From: an uncultured delta proteobacterium
GTDB taxonomy: Bacteria > Myxococcota_A > Polyangia > Haliangiales > Haliangiaceae
Length of the DNA: 64,000 bases
Assembly (NCBI GenBank): GCA_963848295.1
Contig: CAWKDB010000002.1
Location: 1,248,001-1,312,000 of the forward strand
Direction of reading: 5' to 3'
The notes beneath the pieces were generated by a model. That model was not told the DNA's origin. It ran no database searches and saw only the letters and a list, made by a program, of their open reading frames with translations. This document shows, in pieces, positions 36,284-51,462 of the stretch. The position numbers and the translations under genes were made by a program. Position 1 is the stretch's first letter. Each line of letters starts with the position of its first letter.

Positions 36284-37217
36284 GCCCCGCGCGCGCAAGG
36301 TCGTGATCACCGGCATCTCGGGCCGGCTCGGTCGGATCGTCGCGCGCCGGCTCCACCACGATCTCGGCTGGGACATCGTCGGCCTCGATCGCCGCGCGAT
36401 GCCGGGCCGGCCCAAAGATATCGAGCATCACCAGGTCGATCTGCGCAGCAAGAAGGCGCGCGATATCTTCCGCGCCGGCGATGTCGACGCGTTGATCCAC
36501 CTCGGAGTGATGCACGACCCGCGCGCCCGCGCCGCCGAGCTCTACTCGTGGAACATCGCCGGAACGACGAAGCTGCTCGAGTACTGCCAGGCGTATCGCG
36601 TGCCGAAGGTCGTGCTGCTGTCATCGGCCAACGTCTACGGTCCGCGGCCGGACAACCCGCAGTTCCTCACCGAAGATGCGCCTCTGCTCGCTTCGCAGCG
36701 GTTCCCGCAGATGCGCGACCTCGTCGAGATCGATCACCTCGTATCGACGTTCTTGTGGCGCGCGCAGCAGACCGAGACGGTCATCCTCAGGCCGGTCCAC
36801 ATCGTCGGACCGGTCCACAACGCGCCGTCCAACTTCTTGCGCATCCCTCGCCCGCCGATCCTGCTGGGCTTCGATCCGATGGTGCAACTGATCCATGTAG
36901 ACGACGTCGCCGAGGCGATCGTGCTCGCGCTCGCACCCGGACACCGCGGCATCTATAATATCGTCGGGCCCGGCGAGCTGCCGATGTCCGCCGTGTTGCG
37001 CGAGCTGCGCCGCGATCCGATCGCGATCCCGCATCCGCTCGCGCGCTCGGTGCTGTCCGCCGCGTTCAAGCTCGGGCTATCGAGCTTCCCGGTCGCCGAG
37101 CTCGACTTCATTCGCTACGTCTGCATGGTCGACGGCCGCCGCGCATTCGCCGAGCTCGGGTTTCGAGCGAAGCATGATCTCCGCGAAACGATCCATGCGG
37201 TCGATGAACCGGCCTGA
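36270..37217 (+). CDS. NAD-dependent epimerase/dehydratase
   Basis: VITGISGRLG, NIAGT, SSANVYG, GFDPMVQLIHVDD; overlaps the acyltransferase end. Confidence 0.88.
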   Translation: MSSGEPRARKVVITGISGRLGRIVARRLHHDLGWDIVGLDRRAMPGRPKDIEHHQVDLRSKKARDIFRAGDVDALIHLGVMHDPRARAAELYSWNIAGTTKLLEYCQAYRVPKVVLLSSANVYGPRPDNPQFLTEDAPLLASQRFPQMRDLVEIDHLVSTFLWRAQQTETVILRPVHIVGPVHNAPSNFLRIPRPPILLGFDPMVQLIHVDDVAEAIVLALAPGHRGIYNIVGPGELPMSAVLRELRRDPIAIPHPLARSVLSAAFKLGLSSFPVAELDFIRYVCMVDGRRAFAELGFRAKHDLRETIHAVDEPA

Positions 37218-37596
37218 TCCGATCGGATTTCGGCGTGACACGCCAGCGCAACGGGTGCGTCACACTCGCTCGCTCCGGACTCACGAGCCGGCGACTAGGG
37301 CCTCCGATATTCGGTCCCTGCTCGCTATTTTCTGATCGTCAGGTGCTCCGTCTGCCGCAGTTTTTCGGTCCTCCGCGCCACACCCACCGTGAACCTCTGG
37401 ATACACCCCGGGGCAGCGTGCGATCTCCCACTTGTCGCCACCCGGGGAAACCGTGCCGAGCCCTGCCGAGTCAGATGGTGGCCGCCGTTGGTTTTTCGGG
37501 CATTTTTGTCAGAGTCTGGGCACCGGTTCCCATCGCACACCCGCGAAGTGTCAAAACGTTAATGCGTTCTCAACCAGTTCGATCCCTTTTTCGTGG

Positions 37597-37612
37597 TGGC
37601 ATGATGACTGCT
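37597..37612 (+). promoter_or_regulatory. Sigma-54 -24/-12 promoter
   Basis: TGGCATG-ATGA-CTGCT has exact GG-N10-GC spacing, 43 bp before the lipoprotein ATG, at the end of a 440-bp intergenic region. Confidence 0.7.
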
Positions 37613-37655
37613 ACCAAAGGGCTTCACCGCAGGCCCTCACAAGGAACGACCCGCC

Positions 37656-38543
37656 ATGAATAAGCTGCTCAAGACCCTCAGTCTCTTCGTCGCCGTCGCG
37701 GCGGTCAGCGCGCTGGCTGGTTGCGATTTGTACTTCGGCAACAGCGATAGCAGCGACAACTGGACCTACTGCGGCAGTGACGGCTTCTACCAGTGTACAG
37801 GCGACAACTGTACGTGGGTCAGCCCGACGTGCCCGGAGGGAAGCGGCTCGGGTAGCGGTACCGATGGCGGGACCGGTTACGGCTGCAGCTCGAACACCGA
37901 TTGCTCGGCCGGCTGCTATTGCAGCAACGGCACGTGCACCGAGGGCGGGTTCTGCACCGGCAACTCGGACTGCGGCCCGGGCTTCTTCTGCGATACCAGC
38001 CGCTCGTCGTGCGAGCCGGGTTGCACCCAGGACTCGGACTGCTCGCAAGGCCAGGTCTGCGATACCAGCACCTCGACGTGCACGATGACGTGCGCGTGCA
38101 CCACCGACGCGGACGCGGTTAGCCAAGGCTACACCTACTGCGACGAAACCCGGATGACCTGCGAGAACGGCACCGACCCGAACGGCAGCTGCGCCGGCAC
38201 CATCACGTGCAGCACCGCGGCTCCGACCTGCCCGAGCGGCCAAGTCCCGACGATCAGCGACGGCTGCTACACCGGCAACTGCGAAGCGATCGCGGCGTGC
38301 GCGACCGAGCCGACCTGCAGCGCGATCAACGACGCGACCGACTGCGAAGCGCGCCAGGACTGCTCGGAAGTCGACACCGGCATCGATTGCACCAAGCCGG
38401 ATGGCTCGGCTTGCCACGCCGGTGACACGAACTGCACCTGTGCGAGCTACGAGTTCAACTCGTGCGCCTCCAAGTCGATCGATGCCCAGCGCGTGCTGAT
38501 CAACTCGCAGGGCGAGACGGTCCCGCTGAACAGCAACCGCTAA
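37656..38543 (+). CDS. Cys-rich lipoprotein
   Basis: AAGGA SD; lipobox LAGC; repeated CxxxxDCxxGxxC modules. Confidence 0.85.
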   Translation: MNKLLKTLSLFVAVAAVSALAGCDLYFGNSDSSDNWTYCGSDGFYQCTGDNCTWVSPTCPEGSGSGSGTDGGTGYGCSSNTDCSAGCYCSNGTCTEGGFCTGNSDCGPGFFCDTSRSSCEPGCTQDSDCSQGQVCDTSTSTCTMTCACTTDADAVSQGYTYCDETRMTCENGTDPNGSCAGTITCSTAAPTCPSGQVPTISDGCYTGNCEAIAACATEPTCSAINDATDCEARQDCSEVDTGIDCTKPDGSACHAGDTNCTCASYEFNSCASKSIDAQRVLINSQGETVPLNSNR

Positions 38544-38570
38544 AGCCCCGAGGGCAGGACTGGTGCGATG

Positions 38571-38595
38571 CGAAGGGGCCCACGAGGCCCCTTCG
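38571..38595. terminator. Hairpin after the Cys-rich lipoprotein gene
   Basis: 10-bp stem CGAAGGGGCC/GGCCCCTTCG with a 5-nt loop; weak U-tract. Confidence 0.55.
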
Positions 38596-38643
38596 GTCGT
38601 TTCGGGATGTCGCCGGCTCGCCCCCCGCGCTACGCTGCAAGCG

Positions 38644-39081
38644 ATGGGCTTCCAGTTCGCAGAGACGATGGCCGGGACGATCGAATGGGCGAACGACCCG
38701 GGGACGCGCCGTCCGTTCCACTTCGACATCACCGCCCATGCCGACTCCACCCGCGAGCACCTCGCGACCGGTCGAGCGACGGTTCACGGCGTCATCCACG
38801 CGCCGCCACTCGCGGAATCGGCCGACGCCGAAGGCGTGCTCACGATCCGGCCGCTCGGCCAGCGCATCATCCGCTACGAGCTGTGGTTCTACGGCGACGA
38901 CGGTCACCGCTACGAAGTTCGCGGCCAGAAGGACATCCGGTGGACCAGCCCGTTCGCGACGTTCAGCCGTCTACCGCTCGAGGTCACCGATGAGTCCAAC
39001 CAGCGGGTCGCCACGTGCCTCACGCGCTTCGATCTGCGCCGCGATTGGTGGTCGTTCCTGAGGAGTTTCCGTCCCGCCTGA
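38644..39081 (+). CDS. Hypothetical protein (resembles the accessory domain of GMC/cholesterol-oxidase-type proteins)
   Basis: GFQFAETMAG...IRYEL.F.GDDG.RY...GQKDI. Confidence 0.65.
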   Translation: MGFQFAETMAGTIEWANDPGTRRPFHFDITAHADSTREHLATGRATVHGVIHAPPLAESADAEGVLTIRPLGQRIIRYELWFYGDDGHRYEVRGQKDIRWTSPFATFSRLPLEVTDESNQRVATCLTRFDLRRDWWSFLRSFRPA

Positions 39082-39151
39082 CCGCTCGGTCAGGTGGCGC
39101 AGTTGTCCAGCCGCTCCCACCGTTTAGTGGTAAGAAGCCTGCCGGTCAGCC

Positions 39152-42297
<3,146 letters not shown>

Positions 42298-42380
42298 TCG
42301 CCGGCGCACTGCGTCACGACGCGAACGCACGCGCGCCGCGTTGAAATTCACCGAATCCGGGCGGATGCTGCGCAGCACCT

Positions 42381-43489
42381 ATGCGCATCGGCGTCCCCAA
42401 AGAGATCAAGACTCAAGAATATCGCGTCGGCATGACCCCGGCCGGCGTCGCCATCCTCACGCAGCGTGGCCACACCGTGTTCGTCGAGAAGAACGCGGGC
42501 GTCGGCTCCGCGATCCCCGACGACCAGTACGTCAAGGCGGGCGCGAAGATCCTCAACACCGCCGACGAGGTCTGGGGTCAGGCGGACATGGTCGTGAAAG
42601 TCAAAGAGCCGATCGCGCCCGAGTTCGCGCGGATGCGCAAGGATCTGCTGCTGTTCACGTACCTCCACCTCGCGGCGGCGCACGAGCTCGGCAAGGAGCT
42701 GCTCAGCCGCGGGCGTCAACGGCGTCGCGTACGAGACGCTCGAGCCGGAGCCCGGCGATCTGCCGCTGCTGACGCCGATGAGCGCGGTCGCCGGTCGGAT
42801 GTCGGTGCAAGCCGGGCGCGACGTACCTCGAGCGCGAGCGCGGCGGCAAGGGCGTGCTGCTCGGCGGCGTGCCCGGAGTCAAGCGCGGTCGCGTCACGAT
42901 CATCGGCGGCGGCGTGGTCGGCGCGAACGCCTGCAAGATGGCGGTCGGCCTCGGCGCGAACGTCACCGTGCTCGACGTCAACTTGAAGATCCTCGCGTAC
43001 CTCGACGACATCTACGCCGGCCGGATCTCGACCCAGTACTCCGATCCGCTGAGCATCGAGAAGGCCGTGCTCGAGAGCGACCTCGTGATCGGCGCGGTGC
43101 TGATCGCCGGTGCGCGCGCGCCGCGCCTCGTCACCGCGAAGATGGTCAAGGAGATGGAAGCCGGCTCGGTGATCGTCGACGTTTCGATCGATCAGGGTGG
43201 CTGCATCGAGACCGCACGGCCGACCACCCATGACAATCCGACCTACGTCGTCGACGACGTCATCCACTACGGCGTCGCGAACATGCCGGGCGCGGTGCCG
43301 CGAACCTCGACCTACGCGCTGACCAACGCGACGATTCGCTACGTCGCGAAGCTCGCCGACCTCGGCCTCGAGAAGGCGGTCGCCGATACGCCGTACATCG
43401 TCAGCGGCATCAACACGTACAAAGGCACGGTGCCGCACCGCGCGGTCGCCGAGGCCCTCGGCGTGGCACACACGCCGTTCAAGGCGTAG
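42381..43489 (+). CDS. ald: Alanine dehydrogenase, with apparent frameshifts (~42711, ~42817)
   Basis: [60 protein letters not shown]. Confidence 0.95.
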
Positions 43490-43537
43490 TCGCCGCTACT
43501 CGAGTGATTCCAACAAGTTGCAATTCGGCTGATTTCG

Positions 43538-43566
43538 GGAACAATTAGCGTCTGGGGCCCGGTAAA
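43538..43566 (+). promoter_or_regulatory. Possible autoregulatory ECF promoter
   Basis: GGAAC-N18-GGTAAA ends 9 nt before the ECF sigma ATG. Confidence 0.35.
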
Positions 43567-43575
43567 CAAGAACGA

Positions 43576-44224
43576 ATGCAGCCGGTTCGCGAGAAACGCG
43601 TCGAATTCGAGCGCGAGGCACTCGCCCACACCGACGCGCTGTACGGCGCGGCGTACCGGTTGACCCGCAACCCGCGCGACGCCGAGGATCTGGTCCAGGA
43701 CTCGCTGCTCCGCGCGTATCGGTTCTGGGACTCGTTCCAGCGCGATTCGAACTGCAAGGCGTGGCTGCTGCGGATCGTGACCAACACGTTCATCAACGAG
43801 TATCAGCGGCGCAAGCGCAGCCGCGAGGTGCTCGATGCCGCGACCGCCGAGCAGGACGCTACCGATGGCGTGCTCGTCCACGCCGACGCGAACGACAAGC
43901 AATCGCCGGAGAGCGCACTGCTGCGCAGCAGCGTGTCCGACGACGTCCAGCGCGCTCTCGATGGCCTACCCGACGACTTCCGCACCGCGGTCATCCTGTG
44001 CGACATGCAGGGCCTGTCGTACAAGGAGATCGCCGACATCATGACGTGCCCGGTCGGCACGGTGATGAGCCGGCTGTTCCGCGGTCGCAAGCTGCTCGCT
44101 GCGGCGCTGCGCGACTTCGCGGTCCAGGAGGGCTACGCCAAGCCGGATACCGAGCGCCAAGCGAACAAGACAATCGATCTCGAGAAGTACCGCGCCGCCC
44201 GCGCGCAGGGAAGGTTCGCGATGA
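43576..44224 (+). CDS. ECF sigma-70 factor (RpoE1-like)
   Basis: [48 protein letters not shown]. The end is inferred from an ATGA overlap after removing one base. Confidence 0.88.
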
Positions 44225-44998
44225 CCGTCTGCGAAAGCATCGACACGCTCTCGATGGCCTACCTCGACGACGAGCTCGCCGGGGAAGAACGCCACGAGCT
44301 CGAGACTCACCTGACGGAGTGTGGGTCGTGTCGCGCGCATCTCGACGGCGAACGCGCCGAAGCCGAGATCGATCGCGCGCGCCCTCGCCGCTCCCCCGGC
44401 GCCGGACCTGCTGCGCCTCAAGCTGTCGCGGGCGTTCGACGCGGCGGATCGCGCCGAGGAGCAAGCGAGCCGCCAGCGGATCACCCGGTGGATCTTGCCG
44501 GCCGGCTCGATCGCCGCTGCCGCTGCCGCGCTGATCGTGTTCGCGGCGGTCAAGCCAGCCAGTGAGGACGTCGGTGCGGTCACGCGCGATGCCGTCCGCG
44601 TCCAGGCTCGTGCGCTGCCACTCGAGGTCCAGGGAGCGAGCACCGGCACGTGGTTGCGCCAGAACTTCGCGCCGTCGATCGAGGCGCCGCTGTTCGCCGA
44701 TCCGAGTATCCGACTCGTCGGCAGCCGGCTCGCCGAGCTCGAGGGTCACGATGCCGCCATGGTCCGCTACGAGACCGACGACCAGCTCGCGTTGACCGTG
44801 TTCATCGTCCGCGGCGTCAGTCGCGATGATCTCGGCGGCGACGACGTCACGGTTGGTAGTCGGACCCTCCACGTGGGCGAGCTGGATGGCAAGCTGGTCG
44901 TGGTGTACGTCGACGATAACCACGTCGGTTATACGTTCAGCGCGCCGGGGATGTCCGAAGGCGAGCTGTTGCGCCTGGCCGCGTCGGCGCGCCTGTAG
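44221..44998 (+). CDS. Membrane-anchored anti-sigma factor with a zinc-binding ZAS (zf-HC2) domain, apparent frameshift ~44371
   Basis: AYLDDEL...HLTECGSC (HxxxCxxC), TM helix, periplasmic RsiW-like domain. Confidence 0.85.
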
Positions 44999-45075
44999 GC
45001 ACGCATCTATAGGCGCGTTTTGCCGGCGGGTTGTGGGCCCGCGGCGCGAGATGCGGCTATGATCGCCGCAGGGGA

Positions 45076-48000
45076 ATGAACCGCCGCGTTCTGCTCATCG
45101 ACGCCGATCCCGCTTTTACTGCCATGCTGCACGAGCAGCTCGGGCGCTACCGGGTCGAAGTCACGGCCGAGTCGGATCCGGACCAGGCGATCGCGCTGGC
45201 GTCGGCGGACCCGCCGGCGCTGATCATCATCAGCGTCGAAGAGCCTGAAAAGGCCGGGTTCCGCGTGTTCCAGAAGTCGCGCAAGGGCCCGCTCGCGAAG
45301 GTCCCGGTCATGCTCGTCACCTCGTCGATGTCGGCCGACAGCTTCTCGAAGCATCGCGGGCTCAAGGTCCACGCCGACGACTACCTCGACAAACGCGGCG
45401 CCGCGCTCGAAGTCGTGGTCGGCAAGATCGATGGGTTGATCGAGCTCGGCGATCCGCTGGTCGACGACGAGCTGTCGATCCCGATCGAGGACGACATCTC
45501 GCTCGATCTCGGCGGCGCGATGATCGTCGACGAGACGGTCGGCGAAGAACCAGGCGAGTTCGCATCCGAGGGCGACACCGTCGGTCCTGCGGACGGCATC
45601 AAGGTCGACTCCGTCGTCGAAGCCGAGACCGACGCCGCGTTTGCAGCGCTGCTCGGCGACGAGCTCGATGGCGCCCTTGGCGGCGGAGCGGACGCGATCC
45701 CCGAGCCGGTCGGCGCGGTTCCCGATCCGGTGCCCGAGCCGGTCCACGACAGCATGATGGCCGCATCGGACGAGCCCGACGGGCCAGTCCCCGAGCCGGT
45801 TCACGACGGTGGCAAGCCCGAGCCCGAGGACGATCCGGTCGCGGAGTTCGAGTCGCGCAGCGCGATCGCGACGCGCGTCCCGAGTGGCCGGAGCGGCGGC
45901 GTCCGGCTCGAGTCGCAGCCGGCGATCCCGATCGACGACGACGAGATCATGTCGCTCGACGACGATCTCCCGGTCGAGGTCGACGACGAGCCCGAGCCCG
46001 CGCAGATCCACTCGCGCCCCCCGACGACCCCACCGGCGCCCCCGATCCGCGCGCAGAGCGAGCCGGTGATCACGTCGGCGCAGCCCGTCCCGCCGATCGC
46101 CGCGCCCGCCGAGATCGCCGCGACCGAGCTCGCAGCCGCCGAACCCGTGCAACGTCCTGGCTCGCATGGCTCGGGATCGCACCCCGCGATCGATCTCGGG
46201 CTCGAAGCCGTCGCCCAGGACGCCGAGAGCGAACAGTCGGGGGTCTATGACCGGCGCGCGCTGCGCAAGATCGGCGAGCTCGAGCGCCAGGTCGCTCAGC
46301 TCAAGGCCGAGCTCGACCGCGCGCGCAGCGCCGCCGAGTCCGGGCCGAAGGGACCGGGCCGAGAGCGCGAGTTCCTCAACCTGCGCGAGTCGATCCTCGC
46401 CAAGGACAAGGAGCTGCGGGTCGCGAAGGAAGCGCTCGCCGATCGCGACGGCGCGATCGCGGAGCTGCGCGATCAAGTCTCGCACCTCCAGGGGGCGAAG
46501 GCCGGTGCGGACTCGAAGCACGGCGAGCTCGAGCAACGGCTGAGCGAGAGCACGAGCAGGCACTCGGCGCTCGAGGCCGCGCAACGCGCCGCGGCCGCCC
46601 AGCTCGCGGCGCTGCAACAACAGCTCGAGGAGCGATCGCGCGCCGCGAGCGACGCCGAGACCGCGCGGGCCCAGCTCGAGCGCGAGCTCGCGGGCGAGCG
46701 CGCGAATCGCGCGGCGAGCGCGTCCGAGGCCGAGCGCGCCTTGCGCGTGGAACGCGAGCAGTTGATCGCCCGCCACGCCGCCGATCTCGCCGCGATCCGC
46801 GGTGAGCAGCAGACCGCACGGGAGGCCGCCCTCGCCCAGTTGCGCGACGAGCTCGCGGTCGCGCAGGCCGACGCGCTCATCGAAGCGGCGGCGACCGCGA
46901 AGAAGGCCGCGAGAGCCGAGCACGACATCGCGCTGTCGAAGACCGAGCGCGAGCTGACCACGCAGAACGTCAAGCTGCGCAACGATCTCGGCAGCGAGGT
47001 CGAACGCCTCAAGGCCGCGCTCGCCCAGGCGCACGCCGAGCACGAAGAACAGGTCACCGCCGCCGGTGCGAGCCACATGGCCGCGCTCGACGAGCTCGAG
47101 GCGAAATACCAAGCCGAGCTCGCCGACAAGGAGCGCATCCACGGCGACGTCCGGACCGCCGCCGACCAGGCGCACGCGGCGGCGATCGCCGATCTGCGCG
47201 GTGACCTCGACCGCGCCGCAGCGGCGAACGACGTCAAGCTGACGAGCGCGAAGCGCGACTACGAGCAGCGCGCCGCCGAGCTGATCGAGAGCCATCGCGC
47301 CGAGCTCGCCGCGGCGACCGACGCGCACCAGCAAGCGCTCACCGCAGCGACGACCAGGCATCGCCAAGAAGTCGCGACCCTGACCGAGACCCATCACCAG
47401 CAGCTGACCACCGCGACCGAAGCGCATCGCCAAGATCTCGCGGCGGCGCACGCCGAACGCGACCAGATCGCCGACGAGGCGGAGCGCGCGTCCGCCGGTC
47501 ACATCGCCACGCTCGCCGACGCCGAAGCGCGGCGAGAAGCCGAGGTCGCCGCGACGCGGGAGGCGGCCGAGCGCGAAGCGAGCGAGCTGCGCGGTCAGCT
47601 CGCCGCGACGAAACGCGCTGCCGACGAAGCGGCGGCTCGCCACCAGCGCGAGCACGACGCCGCGCTCGCGGCCCACCGCCAGGCGCTCGAGGATGCCGCC
47701 GCGGCCCACGAGGCCGAGCTCGCCGCGAAGGACGCCGAGCACGGCGGCGCGCGGTCCGCGCTCGAAGCCGAGCACGCGCGCGCGGTCGCCGCGAAGGATG
47801 CCGAGCACGCGCGCATCGTCGGCGCGAGAGATGCCGAGCACGCCCAGGCGATCAAGACGCTCGCGGCCGAGCACGGCCGGGCGGTCTCCGACATCACGTC
47901 CGAGCGCGACGAGCTGCGCCGCGGCCTGTCGACGACGCGCGACGGCCTGAAGCGCGCCGAGGGCGAGCTGTCCTCGGCGGTGCAGACGATCGCCGATCGC

Positions 48001-48228
48001 AACGCCGACCTCCGCACCCACGCGGCCGCGATCGCCGAGCGCGACCAGCGCATCGCCGACCTGCGCAAAGAGATCGAGGGTCTCGAGCAAGAGAACGCGA
48101 GCTACCAGGAGCAAGTGCTGCGCGCGTACCAGAAGATCAAGACCGATGAAGCGATGGTCGCGCGCGCCCGCAAGGCGATGGCGATCGCGCTCACCGTGCT
48201 CGACGACCAGGGCAATCCAACGTCGTGA
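45076..48228 (+). CDS. frzS: FrzS/AglZ-like pseudo-receiver plus long coiled-coil motility protein
   Basis: Receiver without the canonical Asp (LIIISVE); FSKHRGLKVHADDYL; acidic/Pro linker; about 600-aa coiled coil; tail RAYQKIKTDE...RKAMAIAL; follows ald-sigma-anti-sigma. Confidence 0.72.
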   Translation: MNRRVLLIDADPAFTAMLHEQLGRYRVEVTAESDPDQAIALASADPPALIIISVEEPEKAGFRVFQKSRKGPLAKVPVMLVTSSMSADSFSKHRGLKVHADDYLDKRGAALEVVVGKIDGLIELGDPLVDDELSIPIEDDISLDLGGAMIVDETVGEEPGEFASEGDTVGPADGIKVDSVVEAETDAAFAALLGDELDGALGGGADAIPEPVGAVPDPVPEPVHDSMMAASDEPDGPVPEPVHDGGKPEPEDDPVAEFESRSAIATRVPSGRSGGVRLESQPAIPIDDDEIMSLDDDLPVEVDDEPEPAQIHSRPPTTPPAPPIRAQSEPVITSAQPVPPIAAPAEIAATELAAAEPVQRPGSHGSGSHPAIDLGLEAVAQDAESEQSGVYDRRALRKIGELERQVAQLKAELDRARSAAESGPKGPGREREFLNLRESILAKDKELRVAKEALADRDGAIAELRDQVSHLQGAKAGADSKHGELEQRLSESTSRHSALEAAQRAAAAQLAALQQQLEERSRAASDAETARAQLERELAGERANRAASASEAERALRVEREQLIARHAADLAAIRGEQQTAREAALAQLRDELAVAQADALIEAAATAKKAARAEHDIALSKTERELTTQNVKLRNDLGSEVERLKAALAQAHAEHEEQVTAAGASHMAALDELEAKYQAELADKERIHGDVRTAADQAHAAAIADLRGDLDRAAAANDVKLTSAKRDYEQRAAELIESHRAELAAATDAHQQALTAATTRHRQEVATLTETHHQQLTTATEAHRQDLAAAHAERDQIADEAERASAGHIATLADAEARREAEVAATREAAEREASELRGQLAATKRAADEAAARHQREHDAALAAHRQALEDAAAAHEAELAAKDAEHGGARSALEAEHARAVAAKDAEHARIVGARDAEHAQAIKTLAAEHGRAVSDITSERDELRRGLSTTRDGLKRAEGELSSAVQTIADRNADLRTHAAAIAERDQRIADLRKEIEGLEQENASYQEQVLRAYQKIKTDEAMVARARKAMAIALTVLDDQGNPTS

Positions 48229-48827
48229 CGTTGCGCGTGATCGGAGCCGGCGTGGGCCGGACGGGAACGATGTCGCTCAAGCTCGCGCTCGAGCGCTTGC
48301 TCGGCGCGCCCTGCTACCACATGGTCGAAGTCTTCAGCCACCCGGCGCACTTCGCGCAATGGACCGCCGCCGGACGCGGCGAGCCCGTCGCGTGGCCGGC
48401 GCTGTTCGACGGCTTCGCCGCGACCGTCGATTGGCCGTCGGCGTCGTTCTGGCCCGAGCTCGCCGCCGCGTTCCCCGGCGCGATCATCTTGCTGTCGACG
48501 CGCGACGCCGCAGCGTGGTGGAAGAGCGCGAGCGAGACGATCTTCTCGACCAAGGCCGACCCGGGCACGCCGATGGGCGCGATGGTCGAGGCCGCGATCG
48601 GCTCGCGGTTCACCTCGTCGCGCGAGCCGGCGGTCGCGATGGCCGCGTTCGACAAGTGGAACGCGAATGTGCGAGCCACCGCGCCGCGCGATCGGCTGGT
48701 CGAGTGGAAGCCCGGCGATGGCTGGGCGCCGCTGTGCAAGGCGCTCGGCGTCGCGGTCCCGACCGAGCCGTTCCCGCACGTCAATACGACCGACGAGTTC
48801 AAGGCGCGACGGTCCGGGCAGCACTGA
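48225..48827 (+). CDS. Sulfotransferase-like P-loop family protein
   Basis: VIGAGVGRTGTMSLKLALE, CYHM, ATVDWP, DGWAPLC, PFPHVN. Confidence 0.85.
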   Translation: MTLRVIGAGVGRTGTMSLKLALERLLGAPCYHMVEVFSHPAHFAQWTAAGRGEPVAWPALFDGFAATVDWPSASFWPELAAAFPGAIILLSTRDAAAWWKSASETIFSTKADPGTPMGAMVEAAIGSRFTSSREPAVAMAAFDKWNANVRATAPRDRLVEWKPGDGWAPLCKALGVAVPTEPFPHVNTTDEFKARRSGQH

Positions 48828-48840
48828 GCCCGCCGCCGGG

Positions 48841-49686
48841 ATGCTGAAGCTCCTCATCGCGGTCGCCGCGATCTCGACCGGCGCTCCGTTCGCGCGCTGG
48901 GCCAAGCCGGCGCCCGCCGCCGCGATCGCAGCGCTCCGCACCGCGCTCGCCGCCGTCTTGCTCCTGAGTGCCGGCCGGCGCGAGCTCCGCACGCTGCGCG
49001 CGCTCGCGCCGCGTGATCGCGGGCTGGTCGTGCTCGCGGGCGCGCTGCTCGCGATCCATTTCGGCACGTGGATCGCGTCGCTCGGCATGACCTCGACCGC
49101 GGCGTCGGTCGCGCTCGTGTGTACGAACCCGGTGTTTGCGGCCCTGTTCGGCGCGGTGCTCGGCGATCGCGTGGTGCCACGCGAGTGGCTCGGCATGGCG
49201 ATCGCGGCGGGCGGGTGCGCGGTGCTCGCCGGCGGCGATTGGAGCGTGGGGGGCGATGCGCTCGCCGGCGATGGCCTGGCCTTGCTCGGCGCGGCCGCCG
49301 GCGCGGCGTACCTCGTCGTGGGACGGAGCATGCGCTCGAGCGTGCCGCTCATGCCCTATCTCGGCGCGGTCAACGCGATCGCGGCGATCGCGCTCGTCGT
49401 CACGGCGCTCGCGACCGGCGCTCCGCTGGGGTCGCTACCGACGCATTCGTACCTCGCGTGCGCGGGCGCGGCGGTGGTCGCGTCGTTCGTCGGCCACAGC
49501 TTGCTCAACGCGGCGGTGCGCACGACGCCGGCGCACCTCGTGACGCTCGCGGTGCTCGGCGAGCCGATCGGCGCGTCGCTGATCACCTGGGTCGCGTTCG
49601 GCGAGCAGCCTCCCGTGCACGCGGTGCTCGGCGGCGCGATCGTGCTCGTCGGCATCGCGGCTGGGTTCGTGCGCAAGCGCAGCTAG
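48841..49686 (+). CDS. DMT/EamA family transporter
   Basis: About ten TM helices; HFGTWIASL, GHSLLN, LGEPIGAS. Confidence 0.88.
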   Translation: MLKLLIAVAAISTGAPFARWAKPAPAAAIAALRTALAAVLLLSAGRRELRTLRALAPRDRGLVVLAGALLAIHFGTWIASLGMTSTAASVALVCTNPVFAALFGAVLGDRVVPREWLGMAIAAGGCAVLAGGDWSVGGDALAGDGLALLGAAAGAAYLVVGRSMRSSVPLMPYLGAVNAIAAIALVVTALATGAPLGSLPTHSYLACAGAAVVASFVGHSLLNAAVRTTPAHLVTLAVLGEPIGASLITWVAFGEQPPVHAVLGGAIVLVGIAAGFVRKRS

Positions 49687-51409
<1,723 letters not shown>

Positions 51410-51462
51410 GGCGCAAAATCTACCCGTTGCGACGGGCATGTCCACGGATATAGTGACGTTCT

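Noticed and set aside
43576..44565. Apparent ECF sigma-anti-sigma fusion (329-aa ORF)
   Set aside because: Deleting one G from CAGGGAAGG near 44208 gives ...QEGSR-TGA overlapping the anti-sigma ATG (ATGA). This fits the window-wide +1 errors; polishing would settle it.
45007..48114. Long antisense ORFs (also 1355-2995, 4821-6572, 6394-8118 and others)
   Set aside because: Shadow ORFs expected opposite real genes in high-GC DNA; no recognisable motifs.
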